A stretch of DNA of 63,313 nt, filler included. It is 5 parts of 5 records of this genome, joined end to end, with 100 filler letters (N's around TTAATTAATTAA, not from the genome) between each part and the next. Parts side by side here need not be neighbours in the genome. Positions count along the whole stretch, not along the records: positions 31,340 to 63,313 come from SRR20825010_3622; 4 more parts are not named here. One strand, given 5' to 3'. Below the pieces are notes generated by a model that was given only the letters and a program-made list of their open reading frames with translations, was not told where the DNA came from and ran no database searches. The translations under genes were made by a program, and so were the position numbers. Positions 61,570 to 63,313 of this stretch are shown one piece after another (the stretch's first letter is position 1; each line of letters begins with the position of its first letter).

Positions 61570-62344
61570 CCAGAATCATCTCCTGTTCCATAAATTTGCC
61601 GGTGGCCCGGAACGCCTCTGCCAGCGAGACGAACCCAAGCCCCTCCGCCAGCGCGATGGCTTTTGTAAATCGCTCGGTGCTGTCCGGTGTCTTGCAGAAA
61701 CGGCCCTGCCAGGGCTGCCAGTCGCTGGGCTGCACAAACCTGGCTTTGTTACCCAAAGCGGCAGCCATCCTCGAGAACATCTGCAGGCCACCCGCATCAT
61801 AATCGAATGCGCAGAATACGTCTTTGTAGCCGGTCAACCAATCAAGGATCGCGGCCCGGGTAATCCTGTTGCCGCCACCCAACACCACGTCACACTGAGG
61901 CAGCTCCAGACGCCTGCCCAGAGCATCACCGGCAAAGCTCAACATGTCTCGATATTGGTAGAAATTGCGTTCGTTCTCAACGATCAGAACAGAGCTTGCG
62001 CGGTGAAAACCGCTATCAACGGAATCGTTACCGACAACCACCACATCCGGCCGGCTGGAAGCCAAGGCATGGTGGTAAACGAGAAGGAAACTGACCTCGG
62101 TGCCATGGCGGTGAGAGTCGCCCTTTTTCGCGGCGTCTACTCTGCTTACTGGAGCCTCGGCAACGCGCTGTAGCTCCGCAAAAGCGGCTTCATCCAGGAC
62201 CGTGACCATCCAGCGATTGGCCTGGACTTTCTCCGTGGCAAACAGCTGTCTGTGGAGGCGGCGGAACTGTTCCGGAAGCTTCTTTAGAAAGGCTTCATAG
62301 TTGATTGGCTGGCCTTGTAGGATTTTCTCGAGGTAGTCGTTCAA
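61562..62344 (-). CDS. mksG: Toprim-domain nuclease-like protein (MksG/JetD type)
   Basis: Toprim Glu in VLIVENERNF and DxD in AFDYDAGG; GDSH motif; TTG start at 62344 after GGAG; overlaps the SMC start. Confidence 0.72.
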   Translation of the reverse strand: MNDYLEKILQGQPINYEAFLKKLPEQFRRLHRQLFATEKVQANRWMVTVLDEAAFAELQRVAEAPVSRVDAAKKGDSHRHGTEVSFLLVYHHALASSRPDVVVVGNDSVDSGFHRASSVLIVENERNFYQYRDMLSFAGDALGRRLELPQCDVVLGGGNRITRAAILDWLTGYKDVFCAFDYDAGGLQMFSRMAAALGNKARFVQPSDWQPWQGRFCKTPDSTERFTKAIALAEGLGFVSLAEAFRATGKFMEQEMILDE

Positions 62345-62446
62345 GATCGCTCCATGGGCTGGATCATGGTGTCTTTGTTTACAGGGTTGGCTTCGAGCAT
62401 GCAATAAGGCACGTTAACTGACTAGAATCCTAACGCGAGTACTGTG

Positions 62447-63265
62447 ATGAAGAAACTAGCCCTGATAACCGGTGCCAGCGCCGGCATTGGCCATGAGGCC
62501 TGCGCCCTCTTTGCCCGCAACGGCTATAGGGTTATCGCCCTGTCCCGACAGCCGAGTGGTGTTGAGTCCGCCGCTCTGGAGATGGCACTGGATCTTGAGT
62601 CCTTTGACCAGATTGAGGGTCTTGCGGGCGCGTTGGATAGCGAAATCGCAAGTGCCGAGCGGGTTATTCTGGTTAACAATTCCGGATACGGACAATTCGG
62701 GGCGCTGCGGGATCTGTCCGAATCCATGTGGCAAAAGCAGTTCAGCACCCACGTATTCGGCCCGATCAAGCTGGCTGCTGTTTGCCTGAGGCTCTGCGAA
62801 CAACACGGGATCCCCTTGCGGGTCATCGCAGTCAGCTCCGTTTTATCCATTGTGCCCCAGCAAATGAAAGGCGCCTACTGTGCCGCGAAGTCCGCTATGA
62901 ACGCGGCGCACGACAGTTTCTGGTTTGATGAACAGGGCAGCAAAAGCCTGGAAAGTGTCTCGCTGGTGCTTCCTGGGCCCGTGGCGACCCGGTTCAGAGA
63001 ACATGCCCTGGCCGCTTTGCAGCCCTTGCTTGGACGGGCAAGCGCGACGCACCAGGAAAAGTACAAAGCAATGGAAGCAGCGCTTGCGCCAGGCGCCAGA
63101 ATCAAGCCGTTTACAGCCAGTGCGTTGGATGTTGCCGAAAAGATTTACCAGGCTGCGGAAGTGGGACGTCCCAAGCCAAGGTATCTGGTTACGCCTCAGA
63201 CTTACATTGCTGCGTTTGTCACGCGGTTTATGCCGCACTCTGTCCAGCGGAGAATTCTGGGGTAG
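62447..63265 (+). CDS. SDR family oxidoreductase
   Basis: TGASAGIG, NNSGYG, YCAAK and PGPV. Confidence 0.9.
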   Translation: MKKLALITGASAGIGHEACALFARNGYRVIALSRQPSGVESAALEMALDLESFDQIEGLAGALDSEIASAERVILVNNSGYGQFGALRDLSESMWQKQFSTHVFGPIKLAAVCLRLCEQHGIPLRVIAVSSVLSIVPQQMKGAYCAAKSAMNAAHDSFWFDEQGSKSLESVSLVLPGPVATRFREHALAALQPLLGRASATHQEKYKAMEAALAPGARIKPFTASALDVAEKIYQAAEVGRPKPRYLVTPQTYIAAFVTRFMPHSVQRRILG

Positions 63266-63280
63266 TTGAATCTAAGGTAG

Positions 63281-63313
<33 letters not shown>

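Noticed and set aside
57426-61593. Long + strand ORFs (57426-58685, 59909-60700, 60370-61593) opposite the mks genes
   Set aside because: Antisense shadows of GC-biased coding sequence, with no recognisable motifs.

Overview
This is not one locus. It is five unrelated contigs joined by artificial 100-nt linkers (N44-TTAATTAATTAA-N44) at 4363-4462, 21663-21762, 24909-25008 and 31240-31339. Taxon labels below are inferred from gene content and protein style. (1) 1-4362, alphaproteobacterial: phenylacetate-type catabolic fragment (ABC binding protein, paaI, paaG, divergent paaX, acyl-CoA ligase). (2) 4463-21662, Rhodopirellula-like planctomycete: ABC permease, TolC, SDR, CBS/DRTGG pyrophosphatase, the aroF-tpiA-secG-yicC-gmk-rpoZ-coaC run, an ECF sigma with an anti-sigma/vWA fusion, and REP-like palindromes. 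(3) 21763-24908, Rhodobacteraceae-like: RsbW-type kinase, two tandem 67-nt covarying hairpin units (candidate sRNAs), ggt and gshA. (4) 25009-31239, alphaproteobacterial: transglutaminase-family protein, orphan cheW, DUF2975/XRE pair, DEAD-box helicase and MFS. (5) 31340-63313, Marinobacter-like: TonB receptor/binding protein/hybrid kinase trio, gor, an Xcp-type T2SS lacking gspD with a LapG-like protease behind gspC, an alkyl-DHAP-synthase/GlpD/FGGY operon, ctaG-sco and a CoA transferase. Next to tRNA-Cys it carries a translationally coupled four-gene MksBEFG/Wadjet-like SMC system with permuted order (Toprim-SMC-kleisin-KITE). The best candidates for novelty are this Wadjet/Mks variant and the tandem covarying RNA hairpins.
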